Shown: positions 42,528-53,667 of the stretch, piece after piece
How positions within the stretch are numbered: the first letter of the stretch is position 1
Layout of the letters: each line of letters begins with the position of its first letter
NCBI GenBank assembly: GCA_963817385.1
Contig: CAWFOM010000010.1
Span: 379,676-443,675 of the forward strand
Origin: an uncultured delta proteobacterium
GTDB taxonomy: Bacteria; Desulfobacterota; Syntrophia; Syntrophales; UBA5619
Direction of reading: 5' to 3'
Length of the DNA: 64,000 nt
The notes under the pieces: model-generated
The model's input: the letters and a program-made list of their open reading frames with translations, nothing else
Told to the model about the DNA's origin: nothing
Database searches by the model: none
Translations under genes and position numbers: made by a program

Positions 42528-43781
42528 TTACCCTTTTCTTTCCTTTTTGTATTCGAGAACCATCTCCTTCATCTCCGCGGCGAGCCCGACCGTATCGTAC
42601 ACGCGTTCACCGCCGTAGATCCGGATCCGGGCGTTGAGATCCTTCGTCCCCTCCCGCAGGATCTCGAGGGACTCCTTCTCCTTGTTCCCGGCCAGAAGGA
42701 GCATGACGGGGAAACCGGGGCGTTTGGGGAGTTCCTCCCGGAGGGCCTTGACGACGCCGTGGGCGTGGTGCCACTGCTCCTGGTTGGCCGCCATGAAGCC
42801 GCCCAGCATGAAACCATCGATTCCCTTCTGGGAAAAGACCAGCTTAGCTGCCCGGTAGACCTTGGAGGCCGGCGGGTTTCCGCTCGTATCGGCAAAGTTC
42901 GGCACCCGGAGCCCCTGCTTGTTGAGGCCGTCGACACCGAGCATGGCGCCGCCTCCGCCCATGCCATGGAAACCGATTGTCCCGAAGACCTCACCCTTGA
43001 GAACGTTATTCATCTCGGCGAAATAGCAGGTGCCGCGCAGGTCCTTCTCCTCGACCCACCAGGCAATCTTATCGAGTTCGGTAGGCGGGGTGCCCGACTC
43101 GCGGGCCACCAGGATACCCAGCTCCGGATGGCGGATGGCAGAGGAATCGTCGATGGAGATGCGGCAGTCGCTGGCCAGCACCTTCCCGTCTTTCGTGACG
43201 ACCATGGGGTTGATCTCGATAAGCCGCGCCCCGTAATTCTTGAAGGTTTCATAAAGTCCGAGGATGAGCCGGGCCACCGGAACGATATGCTGGCTGGGAA
43301 CTTTGACCTTGTTGGCGAGGTTGAGAGCATCGTAGATCTTGAATCCGCGGATCACATCGACATTCATGAGGGCGATCTTGTCGGCGGGGACCGATTCGAT
43401 ATCCATGCCGCCTTCCGTGGAGAACATGACCACGGGGCAGCGGGCATCAGCCTGGGCGTTGACGATGATCCCGGCATAGTACTCTTTGTCGATGGCGAGC
43501 TTCTCCTCGACCAGGACCTTCTCCACCAGATAGCCCTTGATCGTGGCGCCCAGGAGGGAGGCTGCAATCTTCTTCGCCTCTTCCGGCGTATCGGCGAATT
43601 TGACTCCGCCGGCCTTTCCCCGTCCGCCGGTCCAGATCTGAACCTTGATCACCACCGGTTTCCCGATCTTCTCCGCAATCTTTCCAGCCTCCTCAGGGGT
43701 CCTTGCAACGTCTCCCTGCGGGATCGGCATCTTGGCAATCTTGAAAAGTGCTTTTCCCTCATGCTCATGTAATCGAGCCAT
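42528..43781 (-). CDS. Succinate/malate-CoA ligase-like beta subunit (ATP-grasp)
   Basis: LHEHEGK, GGRGKAGGVK, EGGMDIE, IEINP, GGGGAM, NFADTSG. Confidence 0.85.
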   Translation of the reverse strand: MARLHEHEGKALFKIAKMPIPQGDVARTPEEAGKIAEKIGKPVVIKVQIWTGGRGKAGGVKFADTPEEAKKIAASLLGATIKGYLVEKVLVEEKLAIDKEYYAGIIVNAQADARCPVVMFSTEGGMDIESVPADKIALMNVDVIRGFKIYDALNLANKVKVPSQHIVPVARLILGLYETFKNYGARLIEINPMVVTKDGKVLASDCRISIDDSSAIRHPELGILVARESGTPPTELDKIAWWVEEKDLRGTCYFAEMNNVLKGEVFGTIGFHGMGGGGAMLGVDGLNKQGLRVPNFADTSGNPPASKVYRAAKLVFSQKGIDGFMLGGFMAANQEQWHHAHGVVKALREELPKRPGFPVMLLLAGNKEKESLEILREGTKDLNARIRIYGGERVYDTVGLAAEMKEMVLEYKKERKG

Positions 43782-43942
43782 ACCTACCTCCTAATACGTT
43801 CAGTTTTTCATCATCAAAACGGGACAAATGAGCCTTGGATTTGTAGCAGATGAGTCAGTTGATGTCAACATACAAAACCCGTCCCCCGATGTCATCGGGG
43901 GAATTGCGGGAGACGTTGAATGCACGAACAAGTGTCACAAAT

Positions 43943-43959
43943 AGCAAGATGAATGCCAA
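43943..43959 (-). promoter_or_regulatory. Sigma-54 (-24/-12) promoter
   Basis: TTGGCATTCATCTTGCT (GG-N10-GC), about 160 nt upstream of the CoA-ligase beta gene. Confidence 0.7.
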
Positions 43960-44173
43960 TATGGAAAGGCATTTTGTTACAACGGCACAATCTATTTTCT
44001 CTCGATATACCGATAACATATCAGTAAATACGAACGCCCGGCCGCTTGATCGGCAGAACTGCCGGAGGGTATGAGGAGAGATTTTTTTGACGAAAAAGTG
44101 CGGTATTCGCACTCCATGACCACGGCGTCCGAGTAAAGTCAAGGTGGTTGAAATAGAAATGGATGTGTGCGTT

Positions 44174-44866
44174 TCATGCACTGGACGTGCTTGCAAAGCA
44201 CGTCCATAAGGACAATCTCCAACGGTTTTTGTCAGAGATCAGCTGGTTGTTACCGCGGAGTTGCTCTCCCTCTCTCTTGAGCTCCACCCAGAGATCGTCG
44301 ATCATCCCGCGCGTCTGCTCCAGGGAACCTTCATTCCGGATGACGATATCCGCTGCGGGAAGCTTATCATTAATCGGCATCTGGGAGGCGAGACGTCGTA
44401 CGGCCTCTTCCCGGTTGTAACCGTCGCGCGCCATCAGCCGTGCAATCTGTTCTTCCGGGGGGAGATACACGAGGATGACCAGATCGACCATCGGCTTCAG
44501 CCCCGCCTCGATGAGGAGCGGGATGTCGGACAGAACGATGGCGTCCGGCCGCCTCTTCCGGATCTCCTCCATTCGTCTTTGCCACTCTGCAAATACCGCC
44601 GGATGCACGAGGCTGTTGAGCAGATCGAGCTTCTCTCGATCCGCAAAGACGACGGCGCCGAGCTTCCGGCGGTCGATCGTCCGGTCCGCACGAAGGAACT
44701 CCCGGCCGAAATGACGCACGATCTCCCGCCAGGCGGGACCATCGGGCTCTTCAACGCCATGGGCAATCTCATCGAAGTCGATGAGCAGGGCTCCTTTCTC
44801 CGCCAGCATGCGGGCGACGGTCGACTTACCGCAGGCAATCCCGCCTGTCAAACCTACATTCAGCAT
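44174..44866 (-). CDS. coaE: Dephospho-CoA kinase
   Basis: GLTGGIACGKST, HP, DIPLLIE, SQMP; 3' end uncertain. Confidence 0.92.
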   Translation of the reverse strand: MLNVGLTGGIACGKSTVARMLAEKGALLIDFDEIAHGVEEPDGPAWREIVRHFGREFLRADRTIDRRKLGAVVFADREKLDLLNSLVHPAVFAEWQRRMEEIRKRRPDAIVLSDIPLLIEAGLKPMVDLVILVYLPPEEQIARLMARDGYNREEAVRRLASQMPINDKLPAADIVIRNEGSLEQTRGMIDDLWVELKREGEQLRGNNQLISDKNRWRLSLWTCFASTSSA

Positions 44867-45047
44867 CGCCGTTCTCAGGATCGTGCTCCCCGCCGCCGGT
44901 ATCTCCCTCCGTCGGCGAACCGCGAAAATCAATTGAAGATCTCCTTGAGCAAGCTGCAGAGATCTTCGATCCTTCAGAGGAACAACCTCTTCCGTTTTTA
45001 CTCGCTTACCCGGCAGCAAACCGCGGAGAATGCACTCGCTGGCGGAT

Positions 45048-45833
45048 TCACTCGCCGGAAACCGGATTTTTCCTGTTCCTCATGAAGATGATCCGCAGCC
45101 CTTCGAGGGTCAGCATCTCATCGACAACATCGATATGCTTCGCCTCCCGGGCGATCACCTTTGCAAGGCCCCCGGTCGCCACAACCAGCGCCTCGGATCC
45201 GATCTCGGCCTTCATCCGTCCGACGATCCCGTCCACCAGGCCCGCATAGCCGTACATGATCCCTGCCTGCATGCCGCTGACCGTGTCCTTGGTGATGACC
45301 AAGCGGGGTTTGCAGAGCTCCACCCGGGGCAGCTTGGCCGCCTTCTCGAAGAGGGCCTCACTGGAGATCATGATCCCCGGAGCGATGCAGCCGCCCATGT
45401 ATTCGCCTTTTATCGAGATGTAATCAAAGGTCGTGGCGGTACCGAAATCGACGATGATCATCTCCCGCCGATACTTCTCGTAGGCTGCGACGGCATTGAC
45501 GATCCGATCCGCCCCCACCTCCTTGGGATTGTCGTAGAAGATCGGCATCCCCGTTTTCACCCCGGGTCCGACGATGAGCGGTTCGATGCCGAAATACTTC
45601 TGGCAGAGGGGTTCGAGAATATTGAGCATCGGCGGAACGACGCAGGAGATGATGATGTTCCTGACGGACTTCGCTCTGTTCCTGCTGTTCTTGAGGAGGT
45701 TGAGGATGAGCGCCCCGTACTCATCGACGGTATGGTCAATGACGGTCCTGATCCGCCAGTCGTGAAGGAGTTCCTCCCCGCCATACAGACCGATCACCGT
45801 ATTGGTGTTTCCCACGTCAATGACCAGAAGCAT
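45048..45833 (-). CDS. coaX: Type III pantothenate kinase
   Basis: IDVGNTN, GADR, DFGTATT, TGG. Confidence 0.95.
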   Translation of the reverse strand: MLLVIDVGNTNTVIGLYGGEELLHDWRIRTVIDHTVDEYGALILNLLKNSRNRAKSVRNIIISCVVPPMLNILEPLCQKYFGIEPLIVGPGVKTGMPIFYDNPKEVGADRIVNAVAAYEKYRREMIIVDFGTATTFDYISIKGEYMGGCIAPGIMISSEALFEKAAKLPRVELCKPRLVITKDTVSGMQAGIMYGYAGLVDGIVGRMKAEIGSEALVVATGGLAKVIAREAKHIDVVDEMLTLEGLRIIFMRNRKNPVSGE

Positions 45834-46692
45834 TCTTCACCTTCCCTCCGCCTTCCGCGTGCGTCACCATGAGGGAGATATCCGCCGCCGCCACGGAGTG
45901 GGTGAGCGCCCCCACCGAAATCAGATCCACCCCCGTCTCGGCTACCTCCCTGATCCTTTCCAAGGTCATATTACCTGAGGCCTCGAGGGGGATCCTCCCT
46001 CCAACCCGAGTGACGGCCCGAACCATCTCGGCCGGCGGCATGTTGTCGAGCAGGACCGCATCCGCTCCGGCGGCCAGCGCCTCTTCCAGTTCAGGCATAT
46101 CCTTCACCTCGACCTCGATCTTCAGCGTGTGGGGGATCCGTTCGCGGACCCGCCGCACGGCCTCGCCGATCCCGTGCGCCGCCACGATGTGGTTGTCCTT
46201 GATCAGGACGCCGTCATAGAGGGCAAACCGGTGGTTGTATCCGCCGCCCACGCGCACGGCATACTTGTCGAGGATCCGAAGGCCGGGCGCGGTCTTCCGG
46301 GTATCCAGGATTTTTACCGGCATCCCGGAGACCCGATCGACATACCGCCGGGTCAGGGTGGCGATCCCGCACATCCGCTGGAAGAGGTTCAGGGCTACCC
46401 GTTCGGCGGTCAGGATGGAGGCGAGCCGGCCGGAAATCTCCGCAAGGAGATCCCCTTTGAGAGCCTTCTCCCCGTCCCCACGCCGGAGGGTAACGACCAG
46501 GGAGGGGTCCAGGGCGAGGAAGACCTCTTTGAAGACGTCGCTCCCCGCCACGATCAAATCGGCCTTGGCCGTCGCCCGGGCGTGCCCGGTTTCATCACCC
46601 CTGAGCGCCGCCCCGGTTGTGATGTCCCCCGCCCCGATATCTTCATCGAGCGCCGTCCGGATCAGCTTCGCGAGTAGCAGTCGCGGCAACAT
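45817..46692 (-). CDS. nadC: Nicotinate-nucleotide pyrophosphorylase
   Basis: [23 protein letters not shown]. Confidence 0.95.
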   Translation of the reverse strand: MLPRLLLAKLIRTALDEDIGAGDITTGAALRGDETGHARATAKADLIVAGSDVFKEVFLALDPSLVVTLRRGDGEKALKGDLLAEISGRLASILTAERVALNLFQRMCGIATLTRRYVDRVSGMPVKILDTRKTAPGLRILDKYAVRVGGGYNHRFALYDGVLIKDNHIVAAHGIGEAVRRVRERIPHTLKIEVEVKDMPELEEALAAGADAVLLDNMPPAEMVRAVTRVGGRIPLEASGNMTLERIREVAETGVDLISVGALTHSVAAADISLMVTHAEGGGKVKNASGH

Positions 46693-46702
46693 GATCTTCC
46701 CC

Positions 46703-49366
46703 CTATCCCGCTTCGGCAAACGCCGCCAGCCGGTTCAGGGCCGCATCGAGGGCGGCCCGCTTTTCCCCGAGCCCGCGCGCCTTCTCCCGTTCCTTCGCGA
46801 CGACCGGTTCCGCCGCCTTCGCCAGGAACTCCGGATTGGCCAGCTTTTTGGTGACTTGGGCCAGGTCCTTCTCGATCCGGGCGATCTCCTTCTCCAGCCG
46901 ACCCTTCTCTCCCGCGATATCGATCACCCCGGCGAGAATGACATAGACGCGGACCGGACCGGCGACGGCCGTGGCCGCCCCTTTCGGTTCAGCCGTCTCG
47001 CCGGTGATGGTCAGCGACTCCAGATTGGCCAGATTCGTGATGGAGATCCGCCCCTTCTCCAGCGTTTCTTGCAGGGCCCCCTCGGGCGTCGCGAGGATCA
47101 CCTTCAGCTTCAGCGAGGGCGCCACATTCATCTCGCCGCGGATGTTCCGGATCCGCGTGATCACCTCCATGACGATGCCCATCTCCGCTTCCGCCTCCGG
47201 ATCCGAGCAGGCCTCGTCCGCCGCGGGAAACGCGCTCACCATGACGGAGCTTCCGTCCCCGACCAGGGTCTGCCAGATCTCCTCCGTCAAAAACGGCATG
47301 AACGGGTGGAGGAGTTTGATCGACTGCGTCAGGACATCGAGCAGGGTCTTCTGCGCCGCCCTTCTCCCGGCCGGGTTCTCCCCGCCGTAGAGGACGGGCT
47401 TTGCCAATTCGAGATACCAGTCGCAGAACTCGTGCCAGACAAACTGATAGACGGCCGCCGCGGCGTCGTTGAAACGGTACTCGTCGAGCCCCCGGATCAC
47501 CTCGGCGACGGTCCGGTTCAGCCGGGAGAGGATCCAGCGATCGGCGAGCGAGCGAGCCTCACGGTGATCGGCCGCATCGGCGGGCAGATCCTCGATGTTC
47601 ATCATCGAGAACCGGGTGGCGTTCCAGATCTTGTTGATGAAGAACTTGTACCCCTCGATCCGCTCCTCCGACATCCGGACGTCCCGCCCCTGGGCGGTGA
47701 AGGCGGCCAGCGTAAACCGAAAGGCGTCCGTTCCGAACTTGTCCATCATCTCGAGGGGGTCGATGCTGTTCCCCTTCGACTTGCTCATCTTCTCGCCGTT
47801 CTCGTCCCGGACCAGGGCATGGAGGTAGACGTCGCGGAAGGGGACGTCCTTCATGACGTAGAGCCCCATCATCATCATCCGGGCGACCCAGAAGAAGAGA
47901 ATGTCGAATCCTGTCACCAAAAGCGAGGTGGGATAGAATGTTTTCAGCGCCTCGGTGTTCTCGGGCCACCCTAACGTCGAGAAGGGCCAGAGTCCCGAGC
48001 TGAACCAGGTGTCCAGGACATCTTCCTCCTGCCTGAGCTTAGCGCTGCCGCATGCGGGACAACTCGCGGGATCCTCGGAGGCGACGATCACCTTCCCGCA
48101 CCCGTCGCAGTACCAGACGGGGATCCGGTGGCCCCACCAGATCTGCCGCGAGATGCACCAGTCGCGGATGTTGTTCATCCATTCGAAATAGGTCGACTCC
48201 CACGAGGGGGGGATGATGCGGGTCTTTCCCATGACCACCGCGGCGATCGCCTCCTTGGCCAGGGGTGCGATCCGGACGAACCACTGCCGGGAGACGGCGG
48301 GCTCGATGTCGGTCTTGCACCGGTAACACCGGCCGATGTTATGGGTATAGGGCTCGGTCCCGACGAGGCATCCCTGCGCTTCCAGATCGCGGATGACGTT
48401 ACGGCGGCATTCATAGCGATCCTGACCTGCATAAACCCCGCCGTTTTCGGTGATCACGGCATTGTCATCCATGATCCGGATGATCTCGAGCTTGTGGCGG
48501 CCCGCCATGGCAAAGTCGTTCGGATCGGAGGACGGCGTGATCTTGACGGCGCCGGAGCCGAACTCCTTCGTGACGTAGTCGTCGGCGATGACAGGGATCT
48601 TCCGGTTCATGAGAGGAAGGATCACCTCTTTTCCGACGACGTTCCGGTATCGTGTCATCGTCAGGATTGACGGCGACCGCCGTGTCCCCGAGCATCGTTT
48701 CCGGCCGCGTCGTGGCCACCACGATCCCCCCCCGCCTTCGGCGAAGGGGTAGCGGATGCTCCAGAGTTGGCCCGCTTCCGGGTGGTACTCGACCTCCAGA
48801 TCGGAGATGGCGGTCCGGCAGCGGGGGCACCAGTTGACGATATAATCCCCCTGGTAGATGAGGCCGTCGTTGTAAAGACGGACGAACACCTCGCGGACGG
48901 CCTTCGAGAGGCCCTCATCCATGGTGAAGCGTTCGCGCGCCCAGTCGCAGGAGCAGCCGAGGCGCTTGAGCTGATGGATGATCACCCCGCCGTACTTGGC
49001 CTTCCACTCCCACACCCGTTCGATGAACTTCTCCCGGCCGAGATCATGCCGGGTGAGACCCTCCTTCGCCAGCTCCTGCTCCACGACATTCTGCGTGGCA
49101 ATCCCCGCATGGTCCATCCCCGGCATCCAGAGGGCGTTATACCCCTGCATCCGCTTGTACCTGACGACGATGTCCTGCAGGACATTGTTGAGGGCATGCC
49201 CCATATGGAGCATCCCCGTGACGTTCGGCGGCGGGATGACGATGGAAAACGGCTTTTTCGAACTGCTGTCCGCCGCATGGAAAAAATCCTGATCCAGCCA
49301 GTACCGATACCATTTTGCCTCCGCTTGGCGGGGCTCGTAAACCTTGGTCAACTCAACTCTGCCCAT
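46703..49366 (-). CDS. valS: Valine-tRNA ligase (short compensated frameshift near 48650-48735)
   Basis: PPPNVTGMLHMGH, DWCISRQIWWGH, KMSKS; the ATTRPETMLGD motif sits in an alternate frame. Confidence 0.96.
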   Translation of the reverse strand: MGRVELTKVYEPRQAEAKWYRYWLDQDFFHAADSSSKKPFSIVIPPPNVTGMLHMGHALNNVLQDIVVRYKRMQGYNALWMPGMDHAGIATQNVVEQELAKEGLTRHDLGREKFIERVWEWKAKYGGVIIHQLKRLGCSCDWARERFTMDEGLSKAVREVFVRLYNDGLIYQGDYIVNWCPRCRTAISDLEVEYHPEAGQLWSIRYPFAEGGGGSWWPRRGRKRCSGTRRSPSILTMTRYRNVVGKEVILPLMNRKIPVIADDYVTKEFGSGAVKITPSSDPNDFAMAGRHKLEIIRIMDDNAVITENGGVYAGQDRYECRRNVIRDLEAQGCLVGTEPYTHNIGRCYRCKTDIEPAVSRQWFVRIAPLAKEAIAAVVMGKTRIIPPSWESTYFEWMNNIRDWCISRQIWWGHRIPVWYCDGCGKVIVASEDPASCPACGSAKLRQEEDVLDTWFSSGLWPFSTLGWPENTEALKTFYPTSLLVTGFDILFFWVARMMMMGLYVMKDVPFRDVYLHALVRDENGEKMSKSKGNSIDPLEMMDKFGTDAFRFTLAAFTAQGRDVRMSEERIEGYKFFINKIWNATRFSMMNIEDLPADAADHREARSLADRWILSRLNRTVAEVIRGLDEYRFNDAAAAVYQFVWHEFCDWYLELAKPVLYGGENPAGRRAAQKTLLDVLTQSIKLLHPFMPFLTEEIWQTLVGDGSSVMVSAFPAADEACSDPEAEAEMGIVMEVITRIRNIRGEMNVAPSLKLKVILATPEGALQETLEKGRISITNLANLESLTITGETAEPKGAATAVAGPVRVYVILAGVIDIAGEKGRLEKEIARIEKDLAQVTKKLANPEFLAKAAEPVVAKEREKARGLGEKRAALDAALNRLAAFAEAG

Positions 49367-49467
49367 GCATCCTCTCCCTATATACATATAAGACTTCCGG
49401 TCGGACGACCGGCGCCTCAATCACGCCGCCGCATTCCGGATCGCAAGCCCTCCATCGATTTTTTTCG

Positions 49468-50664
49468 CTAATATCGCAATCCTTCCCTGATCCTGCGGAT
49501 CACCAGCAGGGCATCCGCACCTTCGACCGGCTGCAGCGGCGCAAATTCACCCGTCACCATATTCCTGGCCGGCATGATCCCCCGTGACGTGACCACCATC
49601 ACCGCATTGAAATAGGGGAGGTCGGCCCTTAGGTCGGGAAACGGAGAGGGGGTACCGATAAACTGTGTAGCCAGGGCGCTGTCTCCCGTGATCCTGATGA
49701 GGATCTCCTCGATCATCATCGCATAACTCGCCCGGTCCACCTGCTCGTCGGGGCGAAAGGTCCCGTCCGGATAGACATCGAGCCCGCGCACCCCGATCCG
49801 GATGATCCCTTCGATGTCCGCTTTGAGTGGATGGTTGGCGATATCCACAGCCGCGACCTGACGGGCGGCCGCCCGCGCCTTTTCCAAACCCTCGAACACG
49901 GTATCAACTATCGGCGGCGTCCTCTGGGCATAAACGGCTTCGAGCTGCATCTCCTGCATGAAGAGGGCCGCCACGTCCGCCCGAGTGATCCGTTTGATCA
50001 GGGCGATTTTCTTGCCCGTCACGGTACCCGGCATCGCCCGCTGGATCTTCTGGACGAGCTTCCACCCGCGATCGGCTTCGCCGATATACGTCGTATTGAG
50101 GTCGAGGACCCTGCTGAACATCCGGCCGGCCGGCTCCAGATCGAGCGCCGTCAAGTAGGCCTCGCCCATGAAATAATAGGCGTCGGCCGCCTTGGGGTCG
50201 ATGAGAAGTGCCCGGTCGAAGGCCTCCTTCGATGATTTAAGCCAGGCGTCGTCGGGTTGGCATTCGGTCCCGATGCGCAGACACGCGGCATGGCTCAAGG
50301 TATTAATCCGGATCTGCCCCCCCAGGACAAATATCTTTTCCTGATCACTGCGGACTTGCTGCTCCGCCCGGTTGAGGAGCTCCCGTGCGTCCGTGAATGC
50401 CCCCTGATAGGCCTTGACCAGACCGGCGCCGGCGCTCGCCTTCGCGTACTGCGGATCCAGCCTGAGGGCAAGCGCGAATTCACGCCCGGCATCGGCGTAT
50501 TTTTCCTGATTGAGCAGCCTGATGCCGGTAACGGTATGATGCTCCGCGGTATCGAGCTGGCTCAGGGGTTGCAGCGCCTTCGGACCGCAGGAGATCGTCA
50601 GGACACCTATAGCCGTTACCATGAGGACACGCGACAGGTTCAGGGATTTCACTCGGCCGATCAT
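49468..50664 (-). CDS. Lipoprotein with TPR repeats and SLH-like domains
   Basis: Lipobox LTISC, TPR-like repeats, ITRADVA and DGTFRPDEQVDRA (SLH-like). Confidence 0.7.
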   Translation of the reverse strand: MIGRVKSLNLSRVLMVTAIGVLTISCGPKALQPLSQLDTAEHHTVTGIRLLNQEKYADAGREFALALRLDPQYAKASAGAGLVKAYQGAFTDARELLNRAEQQVRSDQEKIFVLGGQIRINTLSHAACLRIGTECQPDDAWLKSSKEAFDRALLIDPKAADAYYFMGEAYLTALDLEPAGRMFSRVLDLNTTYIGEADRGWKLVQKIQRAMPGTVTGKKIALIKRITRADVAALFMQEMQLEAVYAQRTPPIVDTVFEGLEKARAAARQVAAVDIANHPLKADIEGIIRIGVRGLDVYPDGTFRPDEQVDRASYAMMIEEILIRITGDSALATQFIGTPSPFPDLRADLPYFNAVMVVTSRGIMPARNMVTGEFAPLQPVEGADALLVIRRIREGLRY

Positions 50665-50848
50665 CGCCCTTTCCTTTCTCTCAGCCCTTCCGTTCACGTA
50701 CGGTTGTTTCCCCGCTAGCTACGGGGTTTTCCATATCTTCATCGTCTTTTGAAGTCAAGATATTTCCCTGTCCCGCCGGAGATCTCCACACGCAAATACT
50801 GCGTAAACAGGGTATTTTGCAAAGAGGAACGATCGAACGCCCGGGCTT

Positions 50849-51786
50849 TCACGACCCGTCGAGAAAACGGCCGATCCGTTCAGCCGCGGCATCATAATCC
50901 TCAGGGGCAAGCCAGATGATCTCCCGCTCGGCGGCAAACCAGGTCATCTGACGTTTTGCATAGTGGCCCGTATCCCGCTTGATCAGACGGATGGCCGTTT
51001 CAAGATTTTCCTCCCCGGCAAGATGAGCGGCAAGGTGCCGATATCCCAGCGACTGCATGGGCTTGAGGGATCGATCATACCCTCGTCGAGGAGCCGTTCG
51101 ACCTCCTCCACAAACCCATCGGCAATCATCCGGTCCGTCCTCCTTACGATCCTCGCCTGGAGCTGCTCCCGCGTAAGCGTGAGCCCGATCTTGAGGGCCT
51201 CGTAGGGCTCTTCGCGGAACCGGTGCTCCCGTTGATGGTCGACGATGGACCGCCCCGTCAGTTCCAGGACCTCCAGGGCGCGGATGATCCGGACCGCGTC
51301 ACGGGGATTGATCTGCGCGGCCGCCTTTGCATCCCTGACCCGGAGCTTCTCGTAAAGAGGGAGGATCCCTCCCTGTTTTATCTCCTCTTTCATGACCTGC
51401 CTCAGGGATTCGTCCGCCCCCGGGCTGTCGATCAGCCCCCCCAGAAGGGCCCGGATATAGAGGCCGGTCCCCCCGACGACAAAGACCGGCCTTCCCTCAC
51501 GGTGCAAGCGGGCGATCACCTCCCGGGCCAGATCGCAATACCGGGAGACGTGGAAGGGTTCATCCGGATCGACAACATCGAGGAGGTGATGGGGTATCCG
51601 CCTCCGCTCCTCCGGCGTGGGTTTTGCCGTTCCGATATCCATCCCCCGGTAAACCTGCATCGAATCGGCGCTGACGATCTCCCCTCCCCACCGCCCGGCC
51701 ATTCGCAGGGCCATCGCGGTTTTTCCGACGCCGGTCGGTCCGAGAAGGATGACAAGGCGGGGTTTCGGTATACCGGAGACGATCAT
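50849..51786 (-). CDS. miaA: tRNA dimethylallyltransferase (frameshifted)
   Basis: GPTGVGKT, DSMQVY, GTAKP, GGTGLY; YAKRQMTW lies in the downstream frame. Confidence 0.93.
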
Positions 51787-51797
51787 GAGAAGCCTCG

Positions 51798-53592
51798 CTA
51801 CCTCCTCTTGAACATCTTCTCCAGCTCAGGGAGGGAGATGGTGACCGCGACCGGTCTGCCGTGCGGACACGTTGCGGCGTTGGGGGCGGCATCGAGATCC
51901 CGGCAGAGTGCGATCACCTCCGGGCCGGTCAGGCTCCGGTTCGCCTTGACCGCCCCCCGGCAGGCCAGGGCCGTGAAGATCTTTTCCCGTCGCTCAACCA
52001 GGGGGAGGTCGCGATCCGCTTCCGTGCATTCTGCAAGGAGATCGAGGATGAGCGTCCGCGCCTCGGCCTGGGACAGGAAGGCGGGAACGGCCTTGACGAC
52101 GAGTGAATCCCCGCCGAACGGCTCCACCTCCATGCCCGCCTCTTCCAGGATCGATGCGGACTGAGTAAGAAAGGTATAATCGCGGGGGGGAAGGCTCACC
52201 ACCTCCGGAATGAGGAGTCGCTGGCCGAGAGCGCGCTCCTTCGTTTCCGCCGCTTGCCGCCGAAGCTTCTCAAAAAGGATCCGCTCATGGGCGGCGTGCT
52301 GATCGATAAGGAGCATCCCCTCCGAAGAGTCAAATATCAGGTAGGTCCCCGCCACCTGACCGACATAGACGAGATCGGAAAATGAGCCCCGTTCAACGGG
52401 CTGCGGGGATTCAGCGAGTGCATCCCGGAGGGGCTGCGACGGCGGCGCCGGAGCTTCCCGGTTCGCCGCGAAGGGACCGCCGAAGAACAGTTTTTCCGGC
52501 CCGGAGGAGACCCGGTATCGCTTCAGCGCCTCTTCGACCCGGGCGGCATACGCTCCCGGCCCGCTCCCCGGCGATCCCGCCGCCTTCCGACTGCGGCGGC
52601 AATCCCGCGCCGATGGCGAGGCTCACGGTCTCCACGATGAGCGCATAGATCTCCCGGGGATTCCGGAAACGGACCTCCATCTTGGTGGGATGGACGTTCA
52701 CGTCGACATCTCCCGGCATCACCTCCAGGCCGAGAACGACCGCCGGATACCGCCGCGCCTCGATCACCCGCCGGTAGGCCGTCATGACCGCATGGTTCAG
52801 GAGGTAATCCTTCACGAACCGCCGGTTCACGTAGAGGTACATCTGGGCGGCGCCGGACCGGGTGAACTCCGGCCGGGAGACGAACCCGTCGAGTCTGACC
52901 CCGGCCCGTTCCCCCGTCGCCGGGATCAGCTGGCCCCGGAAATCCTGGCCGAGGGTGAGGGCAATTCGTTCCGCAAGATCCTTCACGGCCGGGATATTCA
53001 GGATCGATCTCCCGGACGCCGACACCCGGATCTTGACCCCGGTCTGCACCAGGGCCAGCCGGGTGACCGCATCCAGGCAGTATCCCTGTTCCGTGGCATC
53101 GCTCTTGAGGAATTTCCGGCGGACCGGAACCGGATCGAAGATGCGGCTGACGAGGATCGAGGTCCCGACGGGGCAGCCCGCATCGGAGAGCTCCTTCACC
53201 TCTCCCGACTCGATGATCACCCGCGTGCCGGCCGCGGATGAGGCCCGCCGGGTCACCATCTCCACCCGGGAGATCGAGGCGATGCTGGGAAGCGCCTCTC
53301 CCCGAAAGCCGAAGGAACGGACCCGGTAGATGTCCTCGAAGGCGCCGATCTTGCTCGTCGCGTAGCGGGCAAAGGCCAGGGGAACATCTTCACGATCGAT
53401 CCCCTCCCCGTTGTCGGTGATGCGGATGGATTGACAACCGCCCTTTTCCAGTTCCACGGCAATCTCCGTGGCTCCCGCGTCAAGGGCATTCTCCAGAAGT
53501 TCCTTGACGATGGAGGCCGGCCGCTCCACCACCTCGCCCGCGGCGATCCGATGGGTCAGCGTTTCCGGCAGGATGACGATTCTTCCCGACAA
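51798..53592 (-). CDS. mutL: DNA mismatch repair protein (frameshifted)
   Basis: IAAGEVVERP, GFRGEAL, DVNVHPTK, DQHAAHERI, CPHGRP. Confidence 0.95.
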
Positions 53593-53667
53593 GGTACCCC
53601 CCTCTTATGCGATGTGATTAATACTAATTTCATTCGTGTAACTGACCGCTTATTCGCCTTTTCCTCT

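Noticed and set aside
44867..45019. N-terminal extension of CoaE in the ORF track
   Set aside because: Homology starts at MLNVGLTGG, and the upstream stretch has no recognisable domain.
46235..47974. Long antisense ORFs (also 13552-14991 and 42246-43772)
   Set aside because: These are shadows of GC-rich genes on the opposite strand and carry no protein motifs.
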